The position numbers and the translations under genes were made by a program. 64,000 nucleotides of DNA from an uncultured Armatimonadetes bacterium (GTDB lineage: Bacteria > Armatimonadota > UBA5829 > DTJY01), in contig OY970325.1 in the NCBI GenBank assembly GCA_963717145.1, positions 1,408,001 through 1,472,000 of the forward strand, in the 5' to 3' direction. The notes beneath the pieces are model-generated. The model was not told where the DNA came from and searched no databases. It saw only the letters and a program-made list of their open reading frames with translations. Of the stretch, positions 9,012 to 18,849 are shown one piece after another; position 1 is the stretch's first letter; each line of letters begins with the position of its first letter.

Positions 9012-10280
9012 CTACACCGTGATGATCTTGCCGAGGAGGAAGTGCTTGCGGTCGGGGTACCAGAAGATGCGGACTCCCGCGTGCTGGGTGATCGAGCCGT
9101 AGGAGCCGACCTCGGTCCGGCCGGTGGGTCCGTATGGGACGCCGTCGCTCGACATGAACGGGTGAGGAGTGCCGAACTGGATCGGCTGTTTCGCCATGCC
9201 ATCGTACACGCCGACCGCAACGAAAAGCTCCTGGCGGTTCACGGTATAGTCGGTCGGACCGCGACCCCCATATCCCGACCCATCGTTGTTGTAGAAGAAC
9301 AGGATGTACCGACCGTCCTTCAGCCGGAAGATCGGACATGGCGCGATCGGGTTCTTCACCATCTCGCCGTAGTCATGATAGTGCAGCGGCTGAGGATCGC
9401 TCCAGGTCCGGCCGTTGTCGTGCGATTGCGACCATGCCACGTAACCGTTGAGCGTGCGCAGCGTGCAGAACATCCCCCGCTCAGGGAGGAGCACCACTGA
9501 GGGCTCCTGAGCGACGGAGATCTCCGGCTTGTCGGAACGCGGAACCCGAAGGCCCACCCCGTGGGGCATGATCGTCTCGACCACGAAGCTCTTCGGATCC
9601 GGCTCTGTCAGCCAGTTGGTGAACCGGAAGAAGTTGATCACCGAGTCGATCTCGAAGAGCGCCGGCCCCTGTCCGCCGGCCCACCGAGTGAACCCGGCGA
9701 ACGGGACGCCATCGTGGTCGATCTTGACCGGATGATAGAGTATCCAGTTCGGCGGCATGGAGGGATCAGGGCTGTTGAGCGGTGACCCTGCGAATAGCAC
9801 TTCAACCGGCCTCGACCAGGTCTGGCCCTCGTTGTCGGAGACCCGCACGTACATCAGCCCAGTGGTGTCCTCCCGGGCATCCGTCACACCAACGTTCTTG
9901 TTGTAGCCGACGATGATCCGTCCGGTCGCCGGAACCACTATCGGGAACGACCAGCTTGCGAGGCCGGTTCCAGGTGAGTCACCTGGCTTTGCCTCATCGA
10001 GCACGTTGGGTGACGTCCACGTCGTCCCCTCATCGTCGCTGGTCGAATAGACGATCCGCTGGTCGGGGTGGTTCTCGTGAGTCGCCATCGTCCAGGCGGC
10101 AAAGAGCCTCCCGCTCGGCAGAACGACGACATGCAGATGCTGATTCTCGGCATCCGGTGTGTCCGTCCCCGAGGGGATATACAGGACGTGCGAGGGATAT
10201 GTGCGCTCCTGTTCACTGTCTGTGATCTGCTCTGCGAATCCCATGGGCGAACTCCAGGATACGGCTGCTCGGTCATTCAT
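9012..10280 (-). CDS. Sialidase-family (BNR/Asp-box) beta-propeller protein
   Basis: Asp boxes SDDEGTTW, SDNEGQTW and SHDNGRTW; AQEP motif. Confidence 0.8.
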   Translation of the reverse strand: MNDRAAVSWSSPMGFAEQITDSEQERTYPSHVLYIPSGTDTPDAENQHLHVVVLPSGRLFAAWTMATHENHPDQRIVYSTSDDEGTTWTSPNVLDEAKPGDSPGTGLASWSFPIVVPATGRIIVGYNKNVGVTDAREDTTGLMYVRVSDNEGQTWSRPVEVLFAGSPLNSPDPSMPPNWILYHPVKIDHDGVPFAGFTRWAGGQGPALFEIDSVINFFRFTNWLTEPDPKSFVVETIMPHGVGLRVPRSDKPEISVAQEPSVVLLPERGMFCTLRTLNGYVAWSQSHDNGRTWSDPQPLHYHDYGEMVKNPIAPCPIFRLKDGRYILFFYNNDGSGYGGRGPTDYTVNRQELFVAVGVYDGMAKQPIQFGTPHPFMSSDGVPYGPTGRTEVGSYGSITQHAGVRIFWYPDRKHFLLGKIITV

Positions 10281-10384
10281 TCCCTATACATCGTCCTTCT
10301 CAATCCATCGCGAAGCGTGCATGAGTAACTCCATCGGAACGCGGGAACACTTAGTCTGATACCCCCGACCGAAAGGAGTACCGA

Positions 10385-10642
10385 ATGGACCTCAAGACCA
10401 AGGAGTTGCTGGCAATATCGGCGGCCTATGCAGGGAACTGCGAGCGGTGTCTGAGCTATCATGTCCGACATGGATTGGAAGCCGGACTGACGCAGAAGGA
10501 GATTCTGATAGCCGTCCGCATCGCGGACAGGGTGCGGGAGGCCTCGATATCGTTCCTCGACGACATCGTGACTCATGCCACGAAGGAATCACGTCAGCAG
10601 GAGGCCAATTCAGACGGGAAAGGTGACATCGATGGCAGATGA
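10385..10642 (+). CDS. Carboxymuconolactone decarboxylase/AhpD-like protein
   Basis: KTKELLAI..A.AGNCERCLSYH...GL..GLT..EI. Confidence 0.8.
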   Translation: MDLKTKELLAISAAYAGNCERCLSYHVRHGLEAGLTQKEILIAVRIADRVREASISFLDDIVTHATKESRQQEANSDGKGDIDGR

Positions 10643-11297
10643 CACAAGGGACCGCGTGAGGAACATCATCACCGAGTTGAAGAAGGCATACCCACATGCC
10701 AAGGTAACGCTGGATTTCACCACTCCTCACGAGCTTCTGGTCGCCACAATCCTGGCCGCTCAATCGACCGACATCAACGTCAACCATGTGACCAAAAGCC
10801 TGTTCAAGAAGTACCGCTCGGTCGAGGAGTTCGCCAATGCGGACCCGGCGGAACTCGAGCAGGATATTCACTCGACCGGCTTCTTCAGGCAGAAGACCAA
10901 GTCGATCATGGAGTCATCCCAGGATATAGTCAACCTCTACGGCGGGAACGTGCCGGACACGATGGAGGAGTTGACTGAGCTTCGTGGCGTGGGCCGGAAG
11001 ACTGCCAACGTGATCCTCAGTGCGGCGTTCGGGAAGCCGGGCCTCATCGTGGACACGCACGTCCTGCGTGTCTCCGGTCGCCTCGGCCTCTCGGATCCCG
11101 ATCACGTCAAGAAGAAGGACGCCGTGAAGGTCGAGCAGGAGTTGATGGAGGTCGTTCCGCACGAGGATTGGTCCTGCTTCAGTCACGTCCTGGTCGCCCT
11201 CGGACGGACGATCTGCACGGCCCGCAATCCCCGGCACGAGGAGTGCCCGATCCTCCATCTCTGCCCCACCGGCCGAAAAGCGCTGGGTGGGGACTGA
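10632..11297 (+). CDS. nth: Endonuclease III
   Basis: LLVATILAAQSTD, HhH motif LRGVGRKTANV, VDTH, and a C-terminal FeS motif. Confidence 0.92.
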   Translation: MADDTRDRVRNIITELKKAYPHAKVTLDFTTPHELLVATILAAQSTDINVNHVTKSLFKKYRSVEEFANADPAELEQDIHSTGFFRQKTKSIMESSQDIVNLYGGNVPDTMEELTELRGVGRKTANVILSAAFGKPGLIVDTHVLRVSGRLGLSDPDHVKKKDAVKVEQELMEVVPHEDWSCFSHVLVALGRTICTARNPRHEECPILHLCPTGRKALGGD

Positions 11298-11332
11298 GGA
11301 ACGTGCTATAATACGCCCAGGAGGTGGTCGCA

Positions 11333-11536
11333 ATGGTTATGGCAAGAGTTACCCTGGCAGGTCGGATTACGATACCTGCAGCAATCCGCAAGCAGCTTGG
11401 TCTAGAGCCTGGGACGGAGGTGAAGATCCAAGTGCGAGAGAACGATATCCTGATTCGTCCCTCTAGGATGGTTGGGGAGACTTGTGGAGCCTCGGAGGAT
11501 TCGCTGGGCGAACAGGACGTTCGACTCGGGGACTAG
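11333..11536 (+). CDS. AbrB/MazE/SpoVT-family DNA-binding protein with no cognate toxin visible
   Basis: ARVTLAGRITIPAAIRKQLGLEPGTEV. TGnTATAAT at 11304-11312 and RBS GGAGG. Confidence 0.8.
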   Translation: MVMARVTLAGRITIPAAIRKQLGLEPGTEVKIQVRENDILIRPSRMVGETCGASEDSLGEQDVRLGD

Positions 11537-11722
11537 ACGTGCCGAGACGGAAAGGATCGTGGCAGAGGAGGTAGCTAACCAGGACAGACCCTAGAATACA
11601 CACCCACACTCTTCCTGCTGAGCTTTCCGCTCCTCCCGGCCAATGATCACGGTAACAGCCTCCGCGCTTCAGACCGGTCTTCTGCCGGGCTGCCGCCATG
11701 ATCCCAAGGGGGTCACTCGTAC

Positions 11723-11806
11723 ATGCAAGCGATCATACTGGCCGGCGGCAAGGGCCTCTCTGCAAGACAGCGTGAAGGGCAGTCCGACTCAGCAAACTCC
11801 GCGTAA
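11723..11806 (+). pseudogene. Truncated 5' fragment of a sugar-phosphate nucleotidyltransferase
   Basis: ATG after AAGGGGG reads MQAIILAGGKG, then diverges and stops after 27 aa. Confidence 0.55.
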
Positions 11807-13394
11807 CCGGGCAAAGGTCGAACTTGTTTGCGTTCGAATTGTCATATTGCTGTAGTGCTTGCTCAGACATGTACGGCTTGATCTCCTGAAGCCACTTGCC
11901 AATCACGTTCTCCAGTGTATCGCTCTGCTCGACCCCGTTCCAAAAGAAGATGTCCGGACGGAAGTCAACCGAGCCCTTCTTGAATTCCGCATTCATCATG
12001 TCCAACTCAAAAAGCCCAATCGGCGCATTGGTGACGGTTGTCGGCAGCGATCTGCCGTCTCGTACCCACCCTGCCAAGAGTTCACCATCCAGGAGACAGG
12101 CGTCTGCGTCCACGGCCAGCCTGATGACCTGATCAATCTCAATACCGAAGTCAAGCGCATTGATATTAAGGAAGCAGCCGGAGGTGGTAAACTCCATAGG
12201 AACAGAGAGGAGTTCGACCGTTAGGGAATCGGGGCCCGTCAGAGGCTCCATCCCGATCGTGACGACCTCAAGGCTATCCAGATCGCCCCATTCCGGATGC
12301 CGCAGTTCCCAGAACCTGCGGGCAACGGCAAACTCAGGCCTCTCAAGTGACTTCCCGACTTCCGCCTCAAAGACATACCGTTTCTTCCGCTTATCCGGAT
12401 CGATGATGACGAGTTCTTCGCGCAGCTCACGTTCCACCGCTTCAATCGGACTCAGAAGCTCGACCTTCGAGTCGCAGCCGCCATTGGCAATGTTCCAGCC
12501 AATAGGGAAGACCTGCCGGTAGATCAGACAGTAGTATTCCTTGCCGCGATAAGAGAGCACCGGGAGCGTTCCGCCGCTCGCATAACGGAAAGGGAATTCA
12601 GGGTCATCAAACCTGTACATCTTGCGCTGATCAGGGAGCAAGAAGGCGTTTATCTCTGCCTGATACTGATCGGCTTTTTGTTCGAAGTTGGGTATGCGGC
12701 TGCGGACCTCTTCCTTGCCCCGGTTATTCCATACGGTGTAGGTCCTTTCATCGAACTCAACTCGTAGTTCAGCTCCGCCGTTCTGGGTTCTGACAAGCTT
12801 GAAGCCTGTGACCAAAGGTTCTAAGAATCGATTCTCTGCAAAACAGAGCCCTCTCACGAAGTCACATTTTGTGTAATCTATGCCCCTGTCGCGGCTTTGT
12901 CCCCCGTTATCCAACGGCCCCGCCTCAACATCACTGACAGGTGCGGTTCCTACGGATACGTTTTCTGGCCACTCACCCAGCCATACAAGACCCGCGACAA
13001 TTTTCGGTAGGATCTTGGGGATACCAGCGACGGATTCAAGCTCAACTCCCGAGGCGGCTCTCATATAGGCGACCCAATTGGGCTTCAAGGCCGCAAATCG
13101 CTCATAACTCAGGGCAAAAAGAACAGGTATGCACGGCTTGTTATGCTCATGAGCGATAACCAACTCACTCTCCACTTGATGAGACCGCACGGACTGCTCT
13201 GAAAGCAATACGAGAACTGCCGTAGCGGTCCTAATAACCTCCGAGGTCTCATCGACATGGAATCTGCCAGCAACCCCGTTGCGTCCGTAATACCAGGCGG
13301 TGTAACCTTCTTCCTCAATGGACTTGGCAAGTGCTTCCACAATTGCCGAATCTTCCTCCGCGTAGCTGATCATTATCTGTGCTGGCTTGTGCAT
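11733..13394 (-). CDS. TIR-domain protein with C-terminal Nudix-like domain
   Basis: N-terminal IMISYAEED...VLVLLSEQSVRSHQVESEL...IPV (TIR_2). Nudix-box-like GGCDSKVE...RELREEL. GC visibly lower than the flanks. Confidence 0.8.
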   Translation of the reverse strand: MHKPAQIMISYAEEDSAIVEALAKSIEEEGYTAWYYGRNGVAGRFHVDETSEVIRTATAVLVLLSEQSVRSHQVESELVIAHEHNKPCIPVLFALSYERFAALKPNWVAYMRAASGVELESVAGIPKILPKIVAGLVWLGEWPENVSVGTAPVSDVEAGPLDNGGQSRDRGIDYTKCDFVRGLCFAENRFLEPLVTGFKLVRTQNGGAELRVEFDERTYTVWNNRGKEEVRSRIPNFEQKADQYQAEINAFLLPDQRKMYRFDDPEFPFRYASGGTLPVLSYRGKEYYCLIYRQVFPIGWNIANGGCDSKVELLSPIEAVERELREELVIIDPDKRKKRYVFEAEVGKSLERPEFAVARRFWELRHPEWGDLDSLEVVTIGMEPLTGPDSLTVELLSVPMEFTTSGCFLNINALDFGIEIDQVIRLAVDADACLLDGELLAGWVRDGRSLPTTVTNAPIGLFELDMMNAEFKKGSVDFRPDIFFWNGVEQSDTLENVIGKWLQEIKPYMSEQALQQYDNSNANKFDLCPVTRSLLSRTALHAVLQRGPCRRPV

Positions 13395-13530
13395 TCTGCA
13401 CCTCCGGGCAAGAGTCAGTCCGCTTTCGCACTCTTGTGATAATATAACCTAGTGCTACAATCGCCGTCAAGGTCTGCATCGCCGCTGGTCTCGACGAGCG
13501 CTGCTGAGGCGACGGATCCGAGATGATACA

Positions 13531-13555
13531 AGGGCAGGAGTACAAGTCCTGCCCT
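13531..13555. terminator. Hairpin downstream of the small ORF
   Basis: agggcaggag-taca-agtcctgccct. Confidence 0.45.
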
Positions 13556-13766
13556 ATTCGGCCTTCTCCTGCCAGCACTCGATGGTGGTGGCAATACACT
13601 TATCGATGGCCTCATCGCCTTCTACGTCGTGGCTGCGCTCGCACTCATACCGAAGAAACACCCGCTCCGGGAATGGCGACTTACTCCCCCGCGACTCGAG
13701 CTTATGCCGCTCGCGGAGATGTCTGCACGCACCCGGTACCGGCTTGATCTCTGTCTGTCCTGACAT
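13554..13766 (-). CDS. Small Cys-containing hypothetical protein (70 aa)
   Basis: MSGQTEIKPVPGACRHL...CWQEKAE with RBS AGGAGGAG. Confidence 0.6.
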   Translation of the reverse strand: MSGQTEIKPVPGACRHLRERHKLESRGSKSPFPERVFLRYECERSHDVEGDEAIDKCIATTIECWQEKAE

Positions 13767-13778
13767 GGTTGCTCTCCT

Positions 13779-13851
13779 CCTCGGAGTGCGGTGGCTTGAC
13801 ACCGCTTTGAAGACCTGGGCGAAAGCGGTGTCAAGCCACCGCACTCCGAGG
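13779..13851. repeat. REP-like perfect inverted repeat, 30-bp arms
   Basis: cctcggagtgcggtggcttgacaccgcttt ... aaagcggtgtcaagccaccgcactccgagg. Confidence 0.9.
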
Positions 13852-13853
13852 CG

Positions 13854-16031
13854 CTAGAACCGAACCCCGAGATTCGCCTGGGCTTCGTATGCCGTCTTGC
13901 CTTCCATGTACATCTGGTTTTCCTCGTAGGTCGTCAAGGTTCCCCCGATGTAGAGATCGAGATCAGACCCGACCTGATGCCTGTAGCCCAGAGCGTAAAT
14001 GTTCGTGGCAAGAACTGACTGCTCCCGATACTGGTCAAGCTTGTAGCTCGTCGTCAACAGACCGTGGGCCGAAAGCTTGACATCGATACCGACCTCCGTC
14101 ACCTCGCTGCGCTTGCCTGCCAGGTAACTGTCCTTCTGAGTATAACCGCCCTTGAGCTTCAGGCTGCCGAAGTCCGTCAGCAAGCCAACCTTCTGGTTGT
14201 TCTCGCGCTGGACGATTCCCTTCTTGTCTTCCGGGTTGCTCGAAAACTCGCCCGTGACCTTGATGAAACCGCTCGGGTTGAGCACCACTGCGGCGTTCAT
14301 GGTGTTCAGGTCTTCCTCGCCGGTCTTCTGTCGCTGCTTATAGTCGCCGGATAGCTGGATGAAGTTGCCCGGATTGGTGGAAGCGCTGACGTCATTCGTT
14401 CTCGCGACCACCGTGCCGTCGCTCTCCAACTCACTGTATCCGCCCGAGATGGTCGTATTGCCAAACGGATTGAGCGCCAGCCTTGCCTCCCTGGTAATGT
14501 CGTGCGCAGCATCGGTACCATGAAGCCCGATCGCGGCCGAGACGCTTAGCAGTTTCGACGGCGTGGCCTCGAGTCGGAACTTCCCGACCTGCTCGTCGCC
14601 ACGAATCTCGGAATCCCTGGCCGACCAGTCCATGGTCACGTTCAGGTAGGACAGCGGTGACGAGACAACCTTCATCGAATGCCCGAACTCACTGCCCTCC
14701 CCTTCGAGGTCCCTGTGCGCCAGGTTCATCTCGATGTTCAACTTCGCTGACGGATTGGCTGTGAGCTCGAGGGTCTCCGACGCGTCGCTCCCGTCGGCAT
14801 CGGTCTTCCTATGGGTGACCGCCGCTTTGACGCTGAGGGTCTTCGACGGACTGGCGTCGATATCGAACTTCATCTTCGTGTCGTCGCCGGTGTCGCTCGA
14901 ATTCTTCTGCGTAAGGCTGCTCTTGACACCCACGTTCTCACTTATCTTCGCATTCATGGAAATCTGGTCCGTCGTCAGGCGCGACTGCCCATCGTCGTCC
15001 TGGGTCAGGACGTTCTCGTGCGTGGCGACGGCATTGACGCTGCCGAGCTGATGCTCGATCTTGACCTGATCGGTAGTGGTCTTCTGTGCGCCCTCATCCG
15101 GGCGGTCCTTCTCGACCTCCGTGCGCGATACGTTCATCTTGGGCGCACCGTCGTCGGCATAGGACATCGCGTAGGTGTTGGTGGTCGTGACCTCGCCTTC
15201 CTTCGCGCCGGCGAGCTGCTCGGTCCGATTGGTGGATGCGCTGAGATTGAGAACGTCACTGGGAGCAAACGCAGCCGCGAAGTCCATCGCTTCCACGCCC
15301 GGTTTCAGCTTGTACTCCTTCGCGCCGGCGAAGCTCTCACCGATGCGGCTGTAGGAAGTCGTGAGCTTGAGGCCGCCGATCCCGGTGCTCCCACCGAACT
15401 GCATCGCCGATCGATCTACGAACGATGCATCCTTCGCATCCTGGCCCTCGGTCTCGGGGGTGAACAGGAACATGGAGGAGATCTGGCCGCTCTTGAACTT
15501 CGTGTCGCCGCTGAGCCCGAGGATCATCAGGTCAGAGGTCTGCTTCGGGTCCGCACCCGCCTGCCTGTAGAGCGCCGTGAACTGCAGGCTTCGGTTGTCG
15601 CGCTTGAGCAGATCGAGGGTCAGAGGCATATTGATGGCCGACACGTTGCGCGTGGCGGTCTTCGGATCGAACTTGTACGCGACCTTGATGACCGCGCCGC
15701 TGGGAACCGGCGAAGTGAACGCCAGAATGCCCGAGGCGTAGTCGATCTGATAGTCGGCATTGCGCTGAACCATGTGGCTGTTCACGGTGACCGACTCGCT
15801 GTTACGATCGATCGGCTTCCATGAGAGCGAATAGGGACCCTTGGTGTTCTTGCCGAAGAGGACGTCCTGGCTGCCGTCGAACAGGTTCTGAGGCGTTGTC
15901 ATCTGCGAGACACCGGTCATACCGGTGTTGGCGACCCGCCCGGGAAGCTCCTGAGCGCTTGCTCCCGGCACGATGAGACTTAGTATGCAGATGTAGGCGA
16001 GGATTCGCGCTATCGCCCGAGCATTACTCAT
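13854..16031 (-). CDS. Large exported beta-strand-rich (outer-membrane-like) protein
   Basis: Signal peptide ending ASA, DYQIDYASG motif, amphipathic beta pattern, C-terminal LGVRF. Start uncertain (16031 or 16082). Confidence 0.7.
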   Translation of the reverse strand: MSNARAIARILAYICILSLIVPGASAQELPGRVANTGMTGVSQMTTPQNLFDGSQDVLFGKNTKGPYSLSWKPIDRNSESVTVNSHMVQRNADYQIDYASGILAFTSPVPSGAVIKVAYKFDPKTATRNVSAINMPLTLDLLKRDNRSLQFTALYRQAGADPKQTSDLMILGLSGDTKFKSGQISSMFLFTPETEGQDAKDASFVDRSAMQFGGSTGIGGLKLTTSYSRIGESFAGAKEYKLKPGVEAMDFAAAFAPSDVLNLSASTNRTEQLAGAKEGEVTTTNTYAMSYADDGAPKMNVSRTEVEKDRPDEGAQKTTTDQVKIEHQLGSVNAVATHENVLTQDDDGQSRLTTDQISMNAKISENVGVKSSLTQKNSSDTGDDTKMKFDIDASPSKTLSVKAAVTHRKTDADGSDASETLELTANPSAKLNIEMNLAHRDLEGEGSEFGHSMKVVSSPLSYLNVTMDWSARDSEIRGDEQVGKFRLEATPSKLLSVSAAIGLHGTDAAHDITREARLALNPFGNTTISGGYSELESDGTVVARTNDVSASTNPGNFIQLSGDYKQRQKTGEEDLNTMNAAVVLNPSGFIKVTGEFSSNPEDKKGIVQRENNQKVGLLTDFGSLKLKGGYTQKDSYLAGKRSEVTEVGIDVKLSAHGLLTTSYKLDQYREQSVLATNIYALGYRHQVGSDLDLYIGGTLTTYEENQMYMEGKTAYEAQANLGVRF

Positions 16032-16174
16032 AACGCGATCTGCTCCTTGAAATACTGTCTTGCCGTAGTATTTGACGTTCATCCGAGCGTGAAGGTTTCA
16101 CGAAGTGACCTACCCTCGCTCGTTCACCAAGCTATTAGTACTTTACCACAATTGCCGCTCGAACTCAAGCACCG

Positions 16175-17531
16175 TGTTGCCTCATTTAACTTTGTTACCG
16201 AAACGCCATTCGTTGCGTCATTGATAATGTTACCAAGTAGTGTGTTCAAGTATGTCAGATCGGCTCTTGATCGCCGCTCAGGGCCGCGCCTTGCTCGCTT
16301 TCGATCTGTCTTTATTCGGCATCCTGTCAAGCTTTGATGATAGCCTGTGGATGCGTCTTAGTAGCTCCACCGGGTTCGTCGCTCTACGTTCTTTATCGAG
16401 GCGATCCTTTGCTTCATCGTCAAGCCATCCTTCAACACTTATCAGCTTGCGGTACGGCGTCATCGCAGGCTCATAGCGTTTGATCACTTTACTCCCAATC
16501 CGCTCCTTTTCTTTAAGACGCATCATGGGCTGACAGAAGTTGTGATACGCCACGATCAGCGGATATATCGCCTTTAGTACCGCAAGCTGCTCGTCCGTCT
16601 CGAATCGCCGGTAACCTATAAACTGCCGGACTACGCTCCAGTTCTTCTGCTCTACATGACATTGATCGTTCTTCTTGTAAGGCCGACTGCGCGTAAACGT
16701 GATCCTGTGCGCTCGACAGTACTTGTTCATGTGATGGTTGATGAACTCGCCGCCGTTGTCGGTATCTATGCCTCTGACTGCAAACGGTGCGCTCTTGGAC
16801 GCGGACTGCACCGCAAGCACGGTTCCGTGCTCCCCTCGGCCTTTCATTCCATCAAGCGCTACCCATCCGGTCGCTACATCAGTCATAGTCAAAGTATACA
16901 GGAACTCTCCGCTCCCGTCACCTCCGCAATGACCCACCAAGTCCATCTCGAAGAACCCAGGCTCAGCTTCATCCCAGTCGGCAAACGTCCTCACCGGGAT
17001 CTGAGACCGAAGCAGTGTCCCCGGCTTTGTTAAGGTCCTCCCTGTTAGCGATAGGGCAGACCGCTCCTTCTTCATCAACCTGTCGATGCTCGACGCGCTG
17101 ATCGAGTTAAGCAGCCTCTCTTCTTCTGGTGTAACCGTTATCTCCCCGAATGACTCCAGTATGGGTAGAAACTCAGTCAGAAACGGCTGCAGACGCTTAC
17201 CGCACGCGTAGAAACTCGCAGCCCAGAGTGTCTTCAGCTTGTGGGCTATCGGCTCGTATTTCGACTTCCTTGCGCGTCTCACTGGACTCCTCGCTGGTGG
17301 AACTCCTTTCGCGAACAGCCTCACCAGCGACTTCCTGTGGTAACCGGTCAATCCCTGGACTTCACTCAATACCAGCTTCTTCTCCGATTTGGTGGCTTTG
17401 CCATATTCTTTGCGTTTGCGCCTCACGACTTCTCTTACGGATGCAGTTGTCATCTTCTCCATGCCTCAGTTTCGGTAACATTCTTATCTGAGGCAACGTT
17501 TCCGTTTCGGTAACATCGTTCGTGAAGCAAT
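16175..17531. mobile_element. Insertion sequence (ISNCY/IS481-like rve transposase) with doubled terminal inverted repeats
   Basis: Left copies at 16175-16204 and 16211-16235; right copies at 17469-17498 and 17504-17531 (GGTAACA-N9-10-TGAGGCAAC type, inverted). Lower GC. No target duplication identified. Confidence 0.8.
16278..17462 (-). CDS. DDE transposase (integrase core)
   Basis: N-terminal GYHRKS helix; PGFFEMDLVGH, DTDNGGEF and SRPYKKNDQCHVEQKN motifs. Confidence 0.92.
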   Translation of the reverse strand: MEKMTTASVREVVRRKRKEYGKATKSEKKLVLSEVQGLTGYHRKSLVRLFAKGVPPARSPVRRARKSKYEPIAHKLKTLWAASFYACGKRLQPFLTEFLPILESFGEITVTPEEERLLNSISASSIDRLMKKERSALSLTGRTLTKPGTLLRSQIPVRTFADWDEAEPGFFEMDLVGHCGGDGSGEFLYTLTMTDVATGWVALDGMKGRGEHGTVLAVQSASKSAPFAVRGIDTDNGGEFINHHMNKYCRAHRITFTRSRPYKKNDQCHVEQKNWSVVRQFIGYRRFETDEQLAVLKAIYPLIVAYHNFCQPMMRLKEKERIGSKVIKRYEPAMTPYRKLISVEGWLDDEAKDRLDKERRATNPVELLRRIHRLSSKLDRMPNKDRSKASKARP

Positions 17532-17607
17532 TCGCTGAGTTGCCAAGAGCGGCCCGGATACTGTAACATGTACGGGTTATGGGTAGAAATCCACGCGGGA
17601 GGCAGCA

Positions 17608-18846
17608 ATGGAAGGACTCAAGGCAGTACTCGTTATCTGCGACGGGATGGCGGACCGGCCAGTGCCCGAACTGGGGAACAGGACTCCGCTCGAAGCCGCT
17701 GATAACCCTAATATGAATACCCTCGCGCTCCAGGGCCAGTGCGGCATCATGGATCCGATCGCCCCGGGCATCAGGGCCGGAAGCGATACGTCCCACCTCG
17801 CAATCCTCGGATTCGATCCGTTCAAGTACTACACCGGGCGCGGCCCCTTCGAGGCCGCGGGCATCGGCATGGACGTCAAGCACGGTGACATCGCCTTCCG
17901 GTGCAACTTCTCGACCGTCGACTCAGACATGGTGATCACCGATCGGCGAGCGGGCCGGATCGAGACGGGCACCGATCAACTCGCGGCGGCGGTCAACGGC
18001 ATGAAGATCGAGGACATCACCTGCTTCTTCAAGGAGTCGGTCGCCCATCGAGGCGCGCTCGTCCTGCGAGGTCCGGGACTCGGCGCCGCAGTCACCGATG
18101 CCGACCCGCATGAGGTCGGTGAGAAGATCCACGAAGCCCATGCGACCGATCCATCCGATGCCGCAAGCGCCAAGGCCGCTCGCATCGTCAACGTGTTCGT
18201 TCGCAAGTCATACGAACTGCTCAGAGACCATCCCGTGAACAAGGCGCGCGAGGCGGAGGGCAAAGCACCCGCGAATATCATCCTCCCGCGCGGGGCCGGA
18301 CTGGCCCCTCAGCTTGGCAGCTTCGAGGAGAAGTACCACCTCAGGCCGGCAGCGGTCGTCGAAACGGGTCTGATCGCCGGGATCGCGTGTTACCTCGGCA
18401 TGGACATCATCGAGGTCCCTGGCGCGAACGGCGGGCTCGATTCCGATATCATGGCGATGGGCGACGCGATCGTGAAGGCGCTCGACGATCACAACTTCAT
18501 CCTCTGCAACATCAAGGGCGGCGACATCGCGGGTCACGACGGCGATCCCGAGGCCAAGAAGCAGTTCATCGAGCGGACAGACAAGGTCGTCGGCATGCTC
18601 ATGGAGAAGCTCGACCACCAGACGTACATCATCCTGACCGCAGACCACGCGACCCCCGTGGCGATCATGGACCATTCCGGCGATCCCGTCCCCATCGTCA
18701 TCCGCGGGCCGGGAGTACTCGTCGATTCCGTTCAGGCGCTCGATGAGCGATCGGTCATAGGAGGAGGATTGGTACGGGTGCGTGGAATAGACATTATGAA
18801 CATTCTCACCAATCTGATGAACGTTCAGGAGAAGTTCGGAGCGTAA
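17608..18846 (+). CDS. apgM: 2,3-bisphosphoglycerate-independent phosphoglycerate mutase, archaeal type
   Basis: [38 protein letters not shown] and TADHATP..HSGDPVP motifs. Confidence 0.9.
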   Translation: MEGLKAVLVICDGMADRPVPELGNRTPLEAADNPNMNTLALQGQCGIMDPIAPGIRAGSDTSHLAILGFDPFKYYTGRGPFEAAGIGMDVKHGDIAFRCNFSTVDSDMVITDRRAGRIETGTDQLAAAVNGMKIEDITCFFKESVAHRGALVLRGPGLGAAVTDADPHEVGEKIHEAHATDPSDAASAKAARIVNVFVRKSYELLRDHPVNKAREAEGKAPANIILPRGAGLAPQLGSFEEKYHLRPAAVVETGLIAGIACYLGMDIIEVPGANGGLDSDIMAMGDAIVKALDDHNFILCNIKGGDIAGHDGDPEAKKQFIERTDKVVGMLMEKLDHQTYIILTADHATPVAIMDHSGDPVPIVIRGPGVLVDSVQALDERSVIGGGLVRVRGIDIMNILTNLMNVQEKFGA

Positions 18847-18849
18847 CAT

